Of a stretch of 64,000 bases of DNA, positions 1 through 13,357 are shown one piece after another (within the stretch, counting starts at the first letter, position 1; each line of letters starts with the position of its first letter). The stretch is from NCBI GenBank assembly GCA_010093605.1, contig MU004187.1:930001-994000 (forward strand), written 5' to 3'. The position numbers and the translations under genes are program-made. The notes under the pieces are model-generated. The model had not been told where the DNA came from, ran no database searches, and saw nothing but the letters and a program-made list of their open reading frames with translations. Origin of the DNA: Lophium mytilinum. Its lineage: Eukaryota.

Positions 1-1017
1 TGCTTCTTTTAAAGCCATTTTCATTTCTGTTCTCATGGTTCTATGCCTCCTCATCCTTGACTTCATAACTAATCCAGCAAGTCCATCCGACACATCCAAC
101 GCCTCCGCCGTCGTCTCCCTTGCACTGACCCTGCACAAAGCATCATGCAGCTTCCCCATCCTACCTAGTCTAGGAACCAGGGACGATCCCCCGGACGCCC
201 CAACCGATCACCCGTCACCTTCACCAGATAACCGGCGGGGCCGCTAACGCTTATCAAGAGCTACCAGTCTTGCGGACCTTGGGATGACCTTCGCTTTGCA
301 CAGAACGGGCAGTTACATGCGGCTGCGGGGGTCGGATGGGTAGCACAATGGATGTAGAGTGCGCGCTTTGTTTATTTGTACTTTCCGAGAATTCGAGGTA
401 ACAGGGAAAGTACGGCTCTGCAGGATGCGGCTGTACTTAAAGGTTAGTAAAGGAACTGGACTAGACTAGAGTAGATTTCGCCTTAAATCCACTCCATCTA
501 TAGCAATTTCTATAGAGCTCTAGAAGCTCTAGAAGCTCTATAATAGGGCTAAGGGTTACCTAAAATAGTTAGTAGCCTTCTAAATTAGTTTAGCGCTAAG
601 ATATTCTAGAGTTAAGGTTTAGTAACTCTTTAATTTATATAGTTATTAATTAGCCTTTCTATTTTATATAGCTATTAATTAGCCTTTCTATTTTATATAG
701 CTCTCTCTCTAGTTATTATTAGCTATTATAAATAAGTTATTTATTAAACTTAGTATTCTTAGCTACTCTATATACTATCTATAATAGCTATATTCTACTC
801 TCTATATAGGTATATAGCTTATATACTATTATATAAGTAAGCTATTATATAACTACTATTAGTCTATATACTCTAGCTAAACTATAATCTTAAAGCTAGC
901 GCCGCCCTAGCTTTTTATAGATTCTTTCTAGTTATAATTAATAATCTATTTTCTATAATACTTCTTTAGTTCTATAATACTAAAAATCTATCTTTCTTAC
1001 TTTAGAAAAGATAGAAG

Positions 1018-1055
<38 letters not shown>

Positions 1056-1529
1056 TCTATTAATATATAATATTACTACTATCTATTTAGAGTACTTATA
1101 CTACTACTAATAGCCTAGCCTTAATTTTTTCTTTTACTTAAACTCTTTTATTTTAGTAAAGGCGCGGCTCTACTACTATAGCTAGTACTCTATCTTTATA
1201 AGAAGAAGAAATAAAGAAAGTTATTAAGAAGAAAACCTTAGAAAACCTAATCTCTAGTATACTATTAATAGCGCGCTCTACCCCCCGCCCTAATATAGCT
1301 ATAATAGTAGCTTTATAAATAGAAATATAGAAGACTCTTAGTACTAAATCTTAAATATATTAGTGTAGTATATATATTAGTGCTAAACTTAATAAGCTCT
1401 TCTCTACTCTAAAAGCGCGCGTAGCCTAATAGAATAGAGGTAAACTTATTTATAAGAATAACTTAAATACTAATAAAGAGAATAATAATAAAAGTAAGGC
1501 CTCTACTAGAACTCTATTAGCTATCTATA

Positions 1530-1704
1530 TAACGCGGAACGTTAATAAAGTTATAGAGGTAAAAGGTGTTGTATTAAGCTAGAGCTATAGCGCCGTCTTA
1601 AGAACGGCGCTAACTAAGGCCTACGCTTACGTAGGCAGCCTATATGTACTGTGCCTTACGTGCTGTCCTCTATAAGCCTGTTACTAACGTCCGTAACCGT
1701 AATA
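1530..1704 (-). repeat. 3' LTR of the Gypsy element
   Basis: 175 bp, aligns with 9209-9383 with transition differences. Ends TA...TA, consistent with RIP-converted TG...CA. Internal palindrome GCGCCGTCTTAAGAACGGCGC. Confidence 0.92.
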
Positions 1705-4700
1705 AGTGCCTATAATAAGGAAAGATGTTATTATCCTTAATAACCGCATGCCTAATATCTAAGTGCTAAGTGCATGTAAGAGACGGCGGCGTGGAATAAC
1801 GTAGCTATTATAGTTAATAATAGGCGCCTATAGAGCCTAAGACGGCCTTGCAACTAATGGCGGCCTTAAAAGAGTAATAGAGGGCTTGCAAATAATAAAG
1901 AGAGTATAGACGTAGTCTTGGGTAGTTAGGTCTTAGGTAATTAAGCCTGTAGTAATTAAGCTGTAGTAATTAATCTATAGCGATTAAGCTATTGGTAATA
2001 TAAACGTCTATACTAGTAATATAGATATCTAGCTAGCAATATAGACGTCTATAACGGTAATATAGCGTCTACGGTTAGAAGATATAAAGAATTTATAGTA
2101 ATAAAGGTCCTATAGGTAATGCTAGCGTCTACTTAACTAATAGGTTCTATAAGCGCTGTCGGCCTAGTAATAATACTAGCCTTCCTTATAATTAGTTTAA
2201 ATTAGATTATTAGGTGGCTTTAATTGTAGGCGTTATAAAGACTCTTATTAATGTCTACGCGCCTTACCTAGGCGTTATATTCTAGTCCGTACCCCTTCTA
2301 CTATATAAGGTACTCTTAGAATAGCGTCTTTACTTGTCTAATTTAATAGGCCCTATAACTAAGTAGACGGTTAACTTTATAGAAGGCGCTAATATTATTA
2401 TTCTACTTATTCTCTATAGCTAGTAGCTTAGTAGCCTATATATAGTTATAGGGGTTCTAATCTATTACTAGCTCTAACTATTTAACTAAAACTACTAGAT
2501 ATATCTTCTAGTTATCTAGAATATTAATCTTATAGGCGTTGTAGCCGATGGCTCTCTTTACTATTCTAGGTCTAACTCTCTACTAGCTAAACTTATAAGA
2601 GAGACCTAGAATCTTATAGCCCTTATTTAGATAAATATAGACTAAATTACTAGGCTATAGCTATAGTAGTAACTGGCCCTTATTAAACTGGAGCTTTATT
2701 CTAATAGCTGCAAAGGCGATAGCGTCCGCTGCCTTATGCTGAAGTGTTCGCCGTACTTCTAAGAACTTAGAGGCAGCTATATTAGTAAGAGGCGCCCTAG
2801 AAGCTATTATAGGCTCTAAGTCTATAGAGCCTACTATAGGCTCGGGCGCTATATAGTCTTATAAAGCTATTATAGATATTAAGTCTATAGAGATAGCTAT
2901 AGGCTCTAGATAAGAGGCTATTGCGGGCGTGGGCTCTATACCGGGCGTAGGCTCTAGAGGAGAGGCTATTGCTAGTGTAGGCTCTAGAAGCCCTTTATTA
3001 AGCCGGAAGCCGTAAATAATCTTATTAGGAGATAACCCTATTAAGCTATTAATAGAATTATTTAGTATATAATATAGGGTGGGTAGAAAGGCTAGCTAGT
3101 TATAGTTCTTGCCTTAGGCGAGCTACTTAGTAATATAATAATGTAGAGCTATCTTAACTATCTAGTTTATTTATTTAGATTAGCCGTCTATGCGTAGATA
3201 ATAGGCTATAGATATTAGCATCTTAGTATCTAATTACTAGAATAAGGACTTCTAGAACGCTAATATAAACTTATAGTCCCGGTCTATAATTATTACTGCC
3301 GGGACGCCCTAGTTAGTAAGTAGGTTAAGAGTAATACTAGCCTAATCCTCGGCGTTATAGGTGTTCTTTCCCGGGCCTATTATTGCGCGCTTAGAGAACT
3401 TGCACGTAATTATAAGTAAGGCGTTAAAGCTAGTATTACTATTAATAGGCAGCCCGACTATAAAGTCTATAGCGACCGTATAGAAAGAAATAGGCGGCGT
3501 CTAGACTAGAATAAGGGTGCTAAATAGTTAGTAACGTTTTATACTATTTAATCTATAAGCTAGGTAGTATAGTAAGTATAGTTTAAGGCGCTATAAAAGG
3601 TTCTTTAGATAATAGGTAGCCCTAACACGTTTATAGGCTCTATAGAAGCCTGTATAGAAGTAAATATTATAATACTCTCTAAAGATATTAGCCTCTAGAC
3701 TCTTAGGTATATATAGACGGAGGCGGCTATTAATAGAATCTTAGTAATAGATAAGCTTACGGAGTATAAGAAAAGGTATTTCTAGGGGGCCGTTATAATT
3801 AACGCTTCTAGAGGCCTCTCTAGCCTTAGAGACGCCCGTAAGTAGCAACTATACGCCGGCCTAATGCTTATTAGTAGTGTACGCTTAGATAAGTGCTACG
3901 TAGAAATTATCTACTAGCTATACTACTGTAGTATTAAAGGTATAGGGCTTATTAGTATTAGCGTTAAAACTATAGAGCTTATTAAGAGTATTAGAGGTAG
4001 AGTTGGCAAGCTAATTACTAGCTCTCGCTAGTAGCTATAATAGGGCGTCTAGGATAATATATAGCTTGCCCGGCCTGTATTAGACGTCTAGTTAGAACTA
4101 TAAGAGATATTATAATGCTCTTATAAGCTTTAGGTTTAGCTTATTAACCGCTAATAAAGTTAAGAAGGAGGCCTTAATAATTCCTACGGTTGCTATATAG
4201 TTAGTAATAATAATAGCTAGGGCTTTAGCGGCTTTAAGAAGGTATTAGACGCGTCTAATAGTCTATATAACGCAGGCGACTTTAAGTTCTATAGGCTAGT
4301 AATTACGCTCTACTACTAATAGTAACTTGCTAAGGAATAGAATTAGCTAAATCTTATTATGCTTAATATCCTTAATAGTAAGCGGATTGCCTTATACGTA
4401 GTAGACTATAACGCTAAATCTATACTACTTAGAGGCGTTAATATTAATATATAGCTATCTAGATAGCTAGTAGTAAACTAAGAATATAGGCTTCTAAAAG
4501 GCCGCTTAGACGGCTTTAAAGGAATTGTAAAGCTTAATAGTATTATCTATATAGGTGCTCTATGCGTAGTATATATAACCGGCTCTAGGCGCTACCTTTA
4601 ATAACTATGTTTTTTCTATTTATAGGGCCTTTAAAAGCTAGGCGTAGTACCTAATATACTAATAGAGCTAACCTATTAAGCCTAAGTAGTGCTTAAGCTC

Positions 4701-7700
4701 CTTTAAACTAGTTAGGAGCTAAAGATTTTAGATAGCTGTAATCTTCTTAGCGGCGGTAGTAAGTTCTAAGGCGTTAACCTTTTACCCGAGCAGCGTTAAG
4801 GATAGATACCTAAGATATAACTTTATTTCTTAAATTATAATACTAGCTTTCTATAGAGCTATAAAGACCTTTTTAAGGTGCTAGAGGTATTTATCTATAA
4901 ACCCGCTAAAGATAATAATGTTATTAATATATGCTTAATAGAACGTTCTTAACGCGTTATTCTAGATAATGCGGTTAATCTATTACTATATGTAAGGTAG
5001 GGAGCTATAGAATTCTATTATAGTAATATTAAAGTATTCTTAGCCCTAGTAAGAGATAACTGTAAACTTCTCTCTATTATTATACGCCACGGGCCATTAG
5101 TAGAAGAAGCTAGCGGCGTTAATAATAGATATCCGTAGACAGCCAGCGACAGCGCTTATAAGGTCTTCCTATCTAGAAAGAGGATAGCTGTTCTTAACGG
5201 TCGCCTTATTTAGGCCGTAAATATTAATAACTATACGCCCTTTACGTATAGGGAGCCCGTTAATTATAACCGTCCGCTAGATAATAAAGACTAGAAAAGT
5301 AAAATATATTAGTATTATTATCTAGTCTATATAATCTTGTTTATAGAGCTTATTAAATTGGGCGTTAATAAGTACGCGTTTCTAGGGCCTAAGAGGGTAG
5401 ACCCGATAAGCGAGCTTAATAGAGTTGCTAACGTTCTTAGCTAGTAGAATCTATAACTATTAATCTTTAGGGACGCTAGCTAGTTTACTATTATTAGTAA
5501 AGACGCTTTTAAAAGCCTAAATAACTCTAGTAAGTTACTTAGCTTTTAATAGAGACGGGCTATATATAGTAACTCTAAAAGGGCCGTTAAACTTCTTTAT
5601 AGGCTTCTAAGTAATAAGAGACTGCGGCTTATCTAAGATAGTCTAATTAGAGACGCCCGTAATAGTCTAATTAGAGACGTCCGTAATAGTCTAATTAGAG
5701 ACGTCTATAATAATCTAATTAGAGACGGTATTATAGGCGCCGAGCACTAGAAATTCTAGGGTATTTAGCGTGCCTGGCGTCTAGGGTTGCTAGAGCGGGG
5801 CTTATTTAGCAGCGAGAGCGTGCTCTTTAACGTTAATAGCGTAGAAGCCTTCTTTAAACTAGTCTATTAGAACGCTGAGCTTTACGTAACGCTGGACTAT
5901 AAACGGCTGTTTGGAGGCGTTATAGACTTAGACGTGCAATATACCGGCGTCTAAAATGTGCGTGTACGGGCCGCCCTTATTAAGCTACTATATCTAAGAT
6001 AGAGTAAATAGAAAGTCTCTATTAGATAGTTTATCTTACTTGCGTATTATAATAGGTATAAAAGCTATTATATATAGCGGGATAATAGTAATATTCTTTA
6101 TATACACCTTCCGGTAGGTCTTAGTAGTACTAATTTTACTATTTTAATTACCTTATACTTATATAGAAACCGGGGCGTCTAGGCCTTAATAGCTAGATAT
6201 TTATAGGTAATATTATTTAAGGTCTATAATTATACCTTTAGGGGTTATAATATTAACTCTAAGTAATAGATTAGACTTTAAGATGTTAATAATATAGGCC
6301 TTAAAGGTAATTACGGCGACGGCGGGCTTATTATTAATAACGCCTAGAATATAGAGGGTTATAATATAATAGTGTATTAAAGGGACTAGATAACTACTAA
6401 CGCCCTGGACTATAATAGGCTTTGCTATTATTCTAAGTAGTAGCGGGTTACTGTGCCTCTATAAGTAGTTGTTACTAATAAGCGTTATAGTATTACCTAA
6501 GTCCGGCGTAATGTTATTAAGGTCGCTATTCTTAGTTAGTAAAGCCTTTATCTTAAGATAGTAATAGCCTTAGAAAGTAACTCCGGTGCTAATATTAGGG
6601 TTCTACACTACTAATATAATGTAGTCTCGCGAGCTTCTAACCTTAAGCGCCGAGGGCTTAAGCTTTAAACTAGTTAGAAGCCTATAGTAGGCTTTAACAG
6701 TAGAGGACTTTCTATAGCTTAATAGCCGGCAGTCTTTATAGAGGTATTTAAAGAGAGTATTATTAGAGGGGAAGCTAGCCGTATATATATAATAGACGCG
6801 TAGTTAAGAAGTAGTATCTATAGCGTATAAGATGTCTATAAAGCCTATATCTATAAGGTTGCTATTATTATTATCTAGTATAGCTTTATTATAGGGCTCC
6901 TTATATAGTTTATTAAAGTTAGAATAGCTAAGCTAGGCTATCTAGGCCTCTACTTCTGCTTAGACGTTCTTCTAATACTAGTCTTATTTATCTTATGCAG
7001 CTAGGTTAGCATTATAAGCGTATGCCCTAGAAGGCTATCTACTAAAGTAGTTATTACTAGCGTACTAATTTTAGTTGCTATAGCCGCCGCCTTGTAATAG
7101 GTTCTTATTTAAGGGTGGAGCGCCGCCGCTTATAAGTAACAGCGGCTGCCGTAGGGCTATTAGTAAGTTTAGCGTTGCTGTAGGAGCGCTTTATTAGGGC
7201 TAGGGCTAGGACTAGTAAGTATTGCGGTTGTATTAACCGCTAGACTAATTAGAAGCTAGAGGCCCGCGGTACTACTAGCTCTAGCCTTATCTAGATAGCT
7301 ATAATAGCTAGAAAGTCTATTAAGAACTATAGGAGTTATACTAACCTTAAGAGGGTGCTAAAGAGTACTAGTATAGATAAGAGCTATAGAGGTATATATC
7401 TACTAAGTTGCTTTAATTATTATATTTAGATTCTAGAGTCTAGATAAATTTATAAACCGCTATGCCGTTTATAGGTACTAATAAGCTATTCTAGAGTAGC
7501 GGGTTAATGCTCTTCTAGGTAAAGGTAAGCCCGTTAGAGCTATTAGCGCTATTAATATTTAAGGCCTTCGCGTTGCGTAGAATGTTATAGATATAGGTAG
7601 AGATACTATAATAGCCTCTAGCGTTTTATAGGGTGTAAGACGCTAATATAAGCTTAGTAAGAGACTCTATAAGCGGCTTCTTAAATTAATAGACTAAGGA

Positions 7701-9208
7701 CTTGCACCACCTATTAGTAAGTAAGAAGTAAGTAAGACTAACCTTCTCTATATTAGTAAGGGCTAAGGTATACTAGGTTAGGGCGCTGCCATGTAGATAT
7801 TAGGGTAGCCTAGTTTTAACTACGTCCTTAATATAAAGCCTAGTAATATTCTTAAGGCGCTCTATAAATATATATATATTGCGGATATATATATTATTAC
7901 TAATATAGATAACTGCGTTAAGTAACTATAAATGCAAGCTACTTGCCTACTTAAGCTCCAGGTAGAAGAAACTAACTTCTTATATTTAAAAGCCTCTAGG
8001 ACCGGCGTTTGCACTAGCGTTAGCGCTATTGCTAATATTGCCTTAGGGCCCGGGAGGACCCGGCGGGCCTGGCGGGCCTAGCGGGCCTACCTATTAAGCT
8101 TCTATAATTATCTATTAGAATAGGTTATATATAGCCTATAATTAGCCGGCTATAAAAGTAGCTACTATTTTAGTATCTATAGTAGGGCTATATAGTAGCT
8201 TCTTATTAGCGGACGTCTATAGGCTGTAAGAGTTAGACCTAGAGCTAGATAGCTATAATATAGATAAACCGCTAAATAGCCTATTTAGGCCCTATTAATA
8301 AGTACTAGCTCTAAGACTAGTATTTTAAAGCTCTCGGGTATACGCGTATTACGCTATAGTAAGGAAACTATTAATAGCGGGGCTAATAAGTATAGGTGTA
8401 GTACTCTACTCTAGTAGAAAAGGTAGAGGGTTAATAGAGTTAAATCGCCGTCCTTTAGCGCTAGAGATAGTAGGTCTAGGTAGGAAATAGGCGATAAAGC
8501 TAGGTAAGATAGTATTAAGCTTAATTAATTTAATAGAGTAATAGTTTATAAGTAAGAAGGCGTATAGTTAATAGCCTAGGTTAATAGTATTTAGTTATAG
8601 CTTAGGTTATATACTTATAAAGGGGGAGCTTAGATAGACGTCTAAAACGGGTTGCAGCTAATAAGCAGCCCGTAGATAATAAAGGGTAGGTGAATGCTAA
8701 CACCGGGCGTAAAAGCTAAAGACGGGGGCGTAAGAGTTAAAGACGGGGGCGTAAGAGTTAAAGACGGGGGCGTAAGGATAGCAACCTATAAACTTGTTGT
8801 TGCTAGCGGCTTCTAGATGCAAGCGTTAAGTAGCGGAAGGTAGTATCTTAAGATTGCTGCAAGTGCGGAGTGGGTGTTAATTAATAGAGCCTCGCGTTTC
8901 TTCTAAACTAGTTAGAAGCTCTAGATCCGGGATAAGGATAAGGATAAGCTCCGGTTGCTGTTAATAGTAAGCGGCGAGAGCCTATAGGGACGGGAGCTAA
9001 TGCGGAGTTATAGAGGACTGCTCGCAGAGTTGTAATTATTTATAGTGGGGGTATAGTGGGCGGGGTTAACGCCGGTGCTGGTAATATTATAGGCAACAAC
9101 AAGGTTAAGTAAGGATTTTTAGAGTTCTAAGACTCTGCGGATCTAGTATTTATAATATATAAACTAGCAAGATAAGTTCTTAGCTAGTAGAGTACTAAGC
9201 TACTATTC

Positions 9209-9383
9209 TAATGCGGAATATTAATAAAGTTGTGGAGGTAAAAAGTATTATATTAAGCTAGAGCTACGGCGCCGTTTTAAGGACGGCGCTAACTAAGGCC
9301 TACGCTTACGTAGGTAGCCTGCATGTACTGTGCCTTACGTGCTGTCCTCTATAAGCCTATTACTAATATTTGTAACTATAATA
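9209..9383 (-). repeat. 5' LTR of the Gypsy element
   Basis: Second copy of the 175-bp repeat, followed immediately by the CTATA target-site duplication. Confidence 0.92.
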
Positions 9384-10249
9384 CTATATAACTAGTAAAG
9401 AAAAGAAAGCTATAACTTCTACTACTAAGAATAATAATATTCTTACTATTTTAGATATAGAGCTTAAAGCTTATAATATATAACTACTTACTATATACTA
9501 TAGTTAATACTCTACTCTTCTTCTCTAGAATAATAATAATTTAGTTCTAGAGGTTTATAATAATAATAATAGGGATAAAAGTAATTAGGTCTACTATAAA
9601 ATTACTAATATAAGTAACTTCTAGTAATCTATTTAGGCCTAAGAAGATAAGTAGTTTAATTATATTTACTATCTATCTAGCTTATAGACTATCTTTAATA
9701 AGTATAAGAATATAGTATATATATAGGCCGCTAGCTTATATAACTAAGTAGATAATCTTTAAAATAAGCTATCTAAGAAGAAGCGTAAGTTAAAATACTT
9801 CTATTAGGCTACTATTATTATAGTATAATAGTAGATTATAAGAGAAGACCTAATATTAGTATATATAGATAAAGTAGCTATAAAAGAGAGAGAAGGGCGC
9901 GGAGCGCTAGCTAAGAGGTAGATAAGGCTAGCGCTAAGCCTAGTTATATAATAGTAATTATATACTAGAGAGTATATAATACTATTATATATATTAGAAA
10001 TATATTATAATAGAGGTTGCGTTATAGCTATAATACTACCCCCCCTTTAAAAGAAACTATATATAGAGCTTCTTTTAGTATTATACTTTAGCCTTTCTAT
10101 TTTATACTTACTATACGTAAGTACTTCTTTCTAATTAGTTCTTTTTTAATTAGTTCTTTCTTAATTAGTCTTTCTATTAATTATATAGTTTTACTATAAT
10201 TTTTTATAACTCTTTAGTCTTTTATATAGTATTATAAACTATTAGTATT

Positions 10250-11060
10250 ATAAACTATAGGTATTATAACCTATAGATACTATACGGGCGTAATATAAAT
10301 TAGTATAGAAGTTAAACTTATAAACCTTTATATTACCTATTATCTAGTAGTCTACTAGGTTAGTATCTTCTAATAAGGTTAGTAATTACTTAGCTAGCTA
10401 GCGCTAGTTAGCTTTAGTAATATTTAGTCTAAGCGCCTACTTCTATAGTCTTAATATAATTAAGGCTAGTAGGGGTTTCTAGTACTTAGGCTTCTTAAAA
10501 GACTTATAAGGGCTAGTAGTATTAAAGTATTAATAATAGTAATCTATTATAATATTATAGTAATTAAATATACTTTTATATAATTTCTACTTAGATTTAG
10601 TATTCTAGTTAGAGTAACTAGTATAGTGGATTTTATACTATAAGAGGCCTTTAGTACCTATAGTAGAATTAATTATTACTTTATTAATATATAAATTAAT
10701 AATATTATTAATATTCTATTATTTAAAACCTTTCTAATTAACTTTAATAGAGCCTAGTTTATTATATATTTAACCTTTAAGTAGCTTATAAGTAACTCTA
10801 TAAAGTAGCTATAGGTAGAAGATATTAAATAGTCTCTTTATAGTGCGGGGCAGTATAAGCTTATAGGCGCTATTATTAATAATATAAGTAATTTTATAAA
10901 GTTCTAGTTACTTATAGTCTAAGAACTTATTTAGGCGCTAGGTCTTAATATTACGCGCGTTAAGTATTACTTTATTACCTACTTTAAGCTTAGGCGCGGG
11001 CTTCTACTTAAGATTTATATAGTAAGCTTAATATACTTATACCTAGATAAGCTTATCTTT
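10250..11060 (-). mobile_element. Truncated 3' part of a second Gypsy chromovirus (integrase C-terminus and chromodomain)
   Basis: De-RIP minus-strand translation gives KPAPKLKVGDKVMLNARNIKTxRPNKSLDHKQLGPYxI (GPY/F region), then KGLLQYKIRYTGYxxW (chromodomain). Sequence differs from the first element. Boundaries approximate. Confidence 0.75.
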
Positions 11061-11160
11061 AAAATGGCTCTAGTCCAGTTCCTTCACTGTTAAAGGTCAT
11101 GGATTCTAAGGATGCAGGCTACCACCTCCCACCCTCGGAACAGATCTTCAGGCCGCCGAC

Positions 11161-12946
11161 ATGTGGACGTCAGCCTCGCGAAAGCTCCTCGCGTTCGTCG
11201 CGGGGCTATCATTGATGGAGGGAGTATGGGCTGTTCCCATAGAGCCTCGAGAGAATCAGAAGAAGTGCAGGAAGACGACGGTCGTTGTATTGTGAGTCGA
11301 CTTCTTCCATTTTCCTCTTGTCTCAGTCTTCCATTGGGCAATGGGCTGATGCTAGTACTCTACTTTAGAGGCGGTGGAATGGCCGGTATCACAGCTGCTG
11401 TAAGTGGTTCTGAAATCAATCAGGCCGACGGAGTGCTAACGATATAACAGCAAGCCCTAGCAAACCAGTCCATTACCGACTTCCTCATCGTAGAATACAA
11501 CGGGGAAATTGGCGGCCGAATGAAACACACGAATTTTGGAAAGAAGAAGGATGGAAGCCCTTTTGTTGTTGAGCTTGGTGCAAATTGGGTTCAAGGACTT
11601 GGCACCAAAGGAGGTCCCGAGAACCCAATATGGACAATGGTGAGTCCACAATGGGGATATGACCGGTTACTGTGAGCTACTGGCTAATCTAAATGCAGGC
11701 CAAAAAGTACAAGGTCGCGAACGAGTACTCTAATTATTCCTCGATTCTCACGTAAAACGAGACCGGCTACACGGACTACGCCAGTTTGATCGATGATTAT
11801 GAGACCGCTTATGCTGAAGTCGAGCAATACGCTGGAGTAATTCTCAAGGAGAATCTACAAGACACAAGCATGCGTGCTGGGCTTGCACTGAAGGACTTCA
11901 AGCCACAGAAGAACATGGCCGCCCAAGCTGTCGAGTGGTGGTCCTGGGATTGGGAATGCGCATACCCGCCCGAGCAAAGCTCCCTCGAATTCGGAATTAC
12001 AGGATACAACGCAACCTACTATTAATTCTCCGAAGCAAACAATTTCGTCTTTGACCAGCGTGGCTTCAACGCCCTTGCCAAAGGCATGGCGTCGACCTTC
12101 CTAAAACCAAACGACTCACGTCTCCTCTTGAACTCCATCGTCACGGATATTGCCTACGACAAAGACAGCGTCACCATCTCTCTGAATGATGGCTCCTGCA
12201 TCTCCGCCGCCTACGCCATCTGCACCTTCTCCCTTGGCGTCCTCCAAAACGACGAAGTCTCTTTCACCCCCAAGCTGCCAGACTGGAAACAAACCGCCAT
12301 CGCGGAATTCCAAATGGGCACCTACACGAAGGTCTTCCTCCAATTCAACGAGACATTCTGGGATCTTGACACACAATTCTTCCTCTACGCATCCCCGACC
12401 ACCCGCGGCTACTACCCTGTCTGGCAATCCCTCAGCACAGCAGGCTTCCTCCCCGGCTCCAACATTATCTTCGCCACCGTCGTTGAGCGCGAGTCCTACC
12501 GCATCGAAGCGCAAGACGACGAAGTCACCAAGGCGGAAGCCCTCGCCGTGCTGCGTGAGATGTTCCCGGACAAGCACATCCCAGAACCTATCGATTTCTT
12601 CTACCCCCGATGGACGAAGGTGCCGTGGGCGCATGGGTCCTACTCGAACTGGCCGGTTGGAACGACGCTTGAGGGCCATCAAAACTTGCGGTCGAATGTG
12701 GGGAGGTTGTATTTCGCTGGTGAGCACTGCAGCGCGGAGTACTTTGGGTTCTTGCAGGGGGCGTACTTCGAGGGGCAGGAGGCTGGGATGAGGATTGCGG
12801 GGATGTTGGGGAAGAAGTGCAAGAACATGGAGGGGGGATGTGGGGAGTATAAGAGGTATGAGGCTCTGCATGGAACCACGAGGTTTGCGGAGTTCAGTCC
12901 TTTGAATGGGTGGGATGTTAGCAGCTTTTATGTTGCTGGGAAATGA
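11161..12946 (+). pseudogene. Secreted-type flavin amine oxidase (polyamine oxidase family) with two premature stops
   Basis: ATG 11161 with hydrophobic signal peptide, three GT-AG introns, FAD motif VVVLGGGMAGITAA, ELGANWVQG, C-terminal LYFAGEH...GFLQGAY. In-frame TAA at 11753-11755 (SILT*NETG) and 12023-12025 (ATYY*FSEAN). Confidence 0.88.
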
Positions 12947-13357
12947 GGGCGGGGGGTGTTTTTGCGTATATGCACTGTGTAGACATAGGTAACGACAGTA
13001 GAGCTAATCTAGCCATGTTAGAAAATGACGTTCAAGTTTGAAGATTTAAATCTATGAGAGGACCTTATACAGTCACGTGCACATGGCAAAAGAGAGTGCC
13101 AAACATACTCATTTGAATGCGTATAACAACAGGACTCTAATCTAGACCCCATGGAGTTTACATCAACACCAAGAAAGTTTAGACCTATTGAAGCATTCAA
13201 ACAGTGCTATCCACACAGCACATCAGAAACCACCAAGGCCCAATTCGCAGCCACTTATCAAAGCCATGCCTTGAACCACATAAAGAAAGCCATACCTCAT
13301 GACTAAAGGGCTTGTCACGAACCACAACAAGCAGCCAGTCAGGCGCTCCTACGCCCC

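Larger units (their letters stand above)
1530..9383 (-). mobile_element. Full-length Ty3/Gypsy LTR retrotransposon (chromovirus), RIP-inactivated
   Basis: Direct repeats at 1530-1704 and 9209-9383 flanked by CTATA (1525-1529, 9384-9388). Reversing RIP changes on the minus strand gives RT motifs (GRxVxDIxGLNKATVKDSYPL ~5180-5240, SIIDAASFF ~5100-5130, AY(V/I)DD ~4920-4934), RNase H (LYIDxDASKQYG ~4420-4455), integrase (TAYHP..DGQSE ~3170-3210) and chromodomain (EYLVQWKGYGPExDAW ~2270-2320). Domain order RT-RH-IN-chromo is Gypsy-type. Confidence 0.93.
480..11060. repeat. AT-rich RIP-mutated transposon block
   Basis: Strong TpA excess and near absence of CpA/TpG, while CpG/GpC runs survive. No ORF >=60 aa in the track over ~10.8 kb. 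Sharp return to balanced composition at ~11060. Confidence 0.95.

Noticed and set aside
35..247. 70-aa ORF at the window start
   Set aside because: No recognisable motif and upstream context is missing.
10340..10440. LINE endonuclease-like translation (NITKANWR)
   Set aside because: It directly follows the chromodomain of the second Gypsy fragment and no other LINE motif is present.
11753..12025. Stop-codon recoding or A-to-I rescue of the amine oxidase
   Set aside because: Known fungal restorative editing mainly converts TAG to TGG (Trp). These are TAA at positions expected to be Tyr and Gln, and other genes here end in TAA normally.
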